Origin: a virus | Reading direction: 5' to 3' (one strand) | UHGV virus genome: UHGV-0478246 | DNA length: 5,652 nucleotides | Part shown: positions 5,157 to 5,652 of the stretch, piece after piece | How the letters are laid out: each line of letters opens with the position of its first letter | Position numbering within the stretch: position 1 is the stretch's first letter | The notes under the pieces: generated by a model | What the model was told of the DNA's origin: nothing | The model's input: only the letters and a program-made list of their open reading frames with translations | Database searches by the model: none | Translations under genes and position numbers: made by a program

Positions 5157-5652
5157 TCACGAATTAATTGTTCCTTCTTTATGATCAGGTCTGCATATGC
5201 CTTGCATATTTCCTTCTTTTCTCTTTCCGTCATATTTTTTGATCGATTGCCAATATTTTACTGCGTGTACATACTCTTCGTATTGTTTTATTGTTTCCAC
5301 TTTGATAGGAGTTTTGTTGTAGTACTTTACTTGTTTTTCCTCTTTTATGATCCGGAGGGCTTCGCGTTCTTGATCTGTCCATATTTTTTGCTTGTAGTAT
5401 GTCGGTAGTGCTACTTTTATTCCTGATTCTGTTCTGTATGTTTCTTCTGTGAATTTATCCTGATATCTATGCCTGTTGAGTGTGTTTTTGTTTATGTAGT
5501 TTATTCCGATTTTTTTTGAGGTGAATATTTTTCCGTTGAATTCAGGGTTGCTTTCGTCTTTTTTCGTTATGTATTTTATGATGTAGTTTATTGTTCTTTC
5601 GTTTACTTCATACCCGAAGAATACCCAGCCGTACCCCCATTCTTTTTCGAAT
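5157..5652 (-). CDS. Replication initiation protein VP4, C-terminal portion. It enters at the right edge and stops with TGA at 5159..5157. Total length is about 303 aa if joined to 1..416.
   Basis: Minus-strand translation gives FEKEWGYGWVFFGYEVNERTINYIIKYITKKDESNPEF... The stretch NYIIKYITK is the RCR motif 3 (Y-x-x-K-Y catalytic tyrosines, about 5562-5585). The spacing from motif 2 is about 35 aa across the junction, as in microvirus Rep proteins. Confidence 0.8.
   Translation of the reverse strand, partial: FEKEWGYGWVFFGYEVNERTINYIIKYITKKDESNPEFNGKIFTSKKIGINYINKNTLNRHRYQDKFTEETYRTESGIKVALPTYYKQKIWTDQEREALRIIKEEKQVKYYNKTPIKVETIKQYEEYVHAVKYWQSIKKYDGKRKEGNMQGICRPDHKEGTINS

Larger units (their letters stand above)
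1..5652 (-). other. Whole window: complete circular Microviridae (gokushovirus/Alpavirinae-like) ssDNA phage genome, linearised inside the rep (VP4) gene.
   Basis: VP1, VP2 and VP4 are all present and tightly packed on one strand. The minus-strand VP4 ORF leaves the left edge and re-enters at the right edge in frame. The window ends '..ca' at bases 2 and 1, and base 5652 gives 'a', so the junction codon is caa (Gln) and the protein reads ...TELTEE-Q-FEKEWGYGW... The 5.65 kb size fits microviruses. Confidence 0.7.

Noticed and set aside
5036-5233. A 65-aa minus-strand ORF that overlaps the VP4 C-terminus and the ORF119 N-terminus in another frame.
   Set aside because: It overlaps two better-supported genes. 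It has a K/E-rich composition of the alternative-frame type and no motif. It is most likely a compositional artefact.
238-5408. All plus-strand ORFs in the track (238-429, 537-758, 623-820, 807-1415, 1247-1444, 1297-1617, 1733-1918, 1794-2063, 2129-2500, 2428-2700, 2612-2836, 2830-3039, 2867-3064, 3012-3221, 3268-3450, 3314-3667, 3901-4083, 4023-4241, 4204-4476, 4208-4480, 4506-4706, 4622-4834, 4815-5408).
   Set aside because: These are antisense shadows of the real minus-strand genes. Their translations are F/C/S/L/V-rich junk, as expected when a T-rich strand is read. They overlap well-supported genes on the opposite strand, and none has a recognisable motif.

Overview
The window reads as one complete, circularly permuted genome of a small ssDNA phage of the family Microviridae. 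It is closest to the gokushovirus / Bacteroidetes-associated (Alpavirinae-like) type. All credible genes lie on the minus strand. The plus strand is conspicuously T-rich, so the coding strand is A-rich and T-poor. The minus strand encodes a 681-aa major capsid protein VP1 with the microvirus N-terminal and C-terminal signature motifs, and a 402-aa VP2 (pilot / minor capsid protein) with a Gly-rich linker and an 'AGLSPGLMY' motif. The rolling-circle replication initiator VP4 is split by the window boundary. Its N-terminal part (Cys cluster, FATLTF motif 1, HLHGIIW motif 2) runs off the left edge and its C-terminal part (NYIIKYITK motif 3) enters at the right edge. The two parts join in the same reading frame, which argues that the 5652 bases are one circular genome linearised inside VP4. 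Four more minus-strand ORFs fill the remaining space. One is a 56-aa single-transmembrane ORF that falls under the track's size cutoff and is a candidate lysis or membrane protein. Another is a 144-aa ORF carrying a 129-bp tandem duplication that spans a gene boundary and duplicates its own start codon. There is a single 154-nt intergenic region containing a perfect 11-bp G6/C6 hairpin. No host flanks, tRNA or CRISPR are seen. All family and function assignments come from motifs I recognise by eye. None is a database result.
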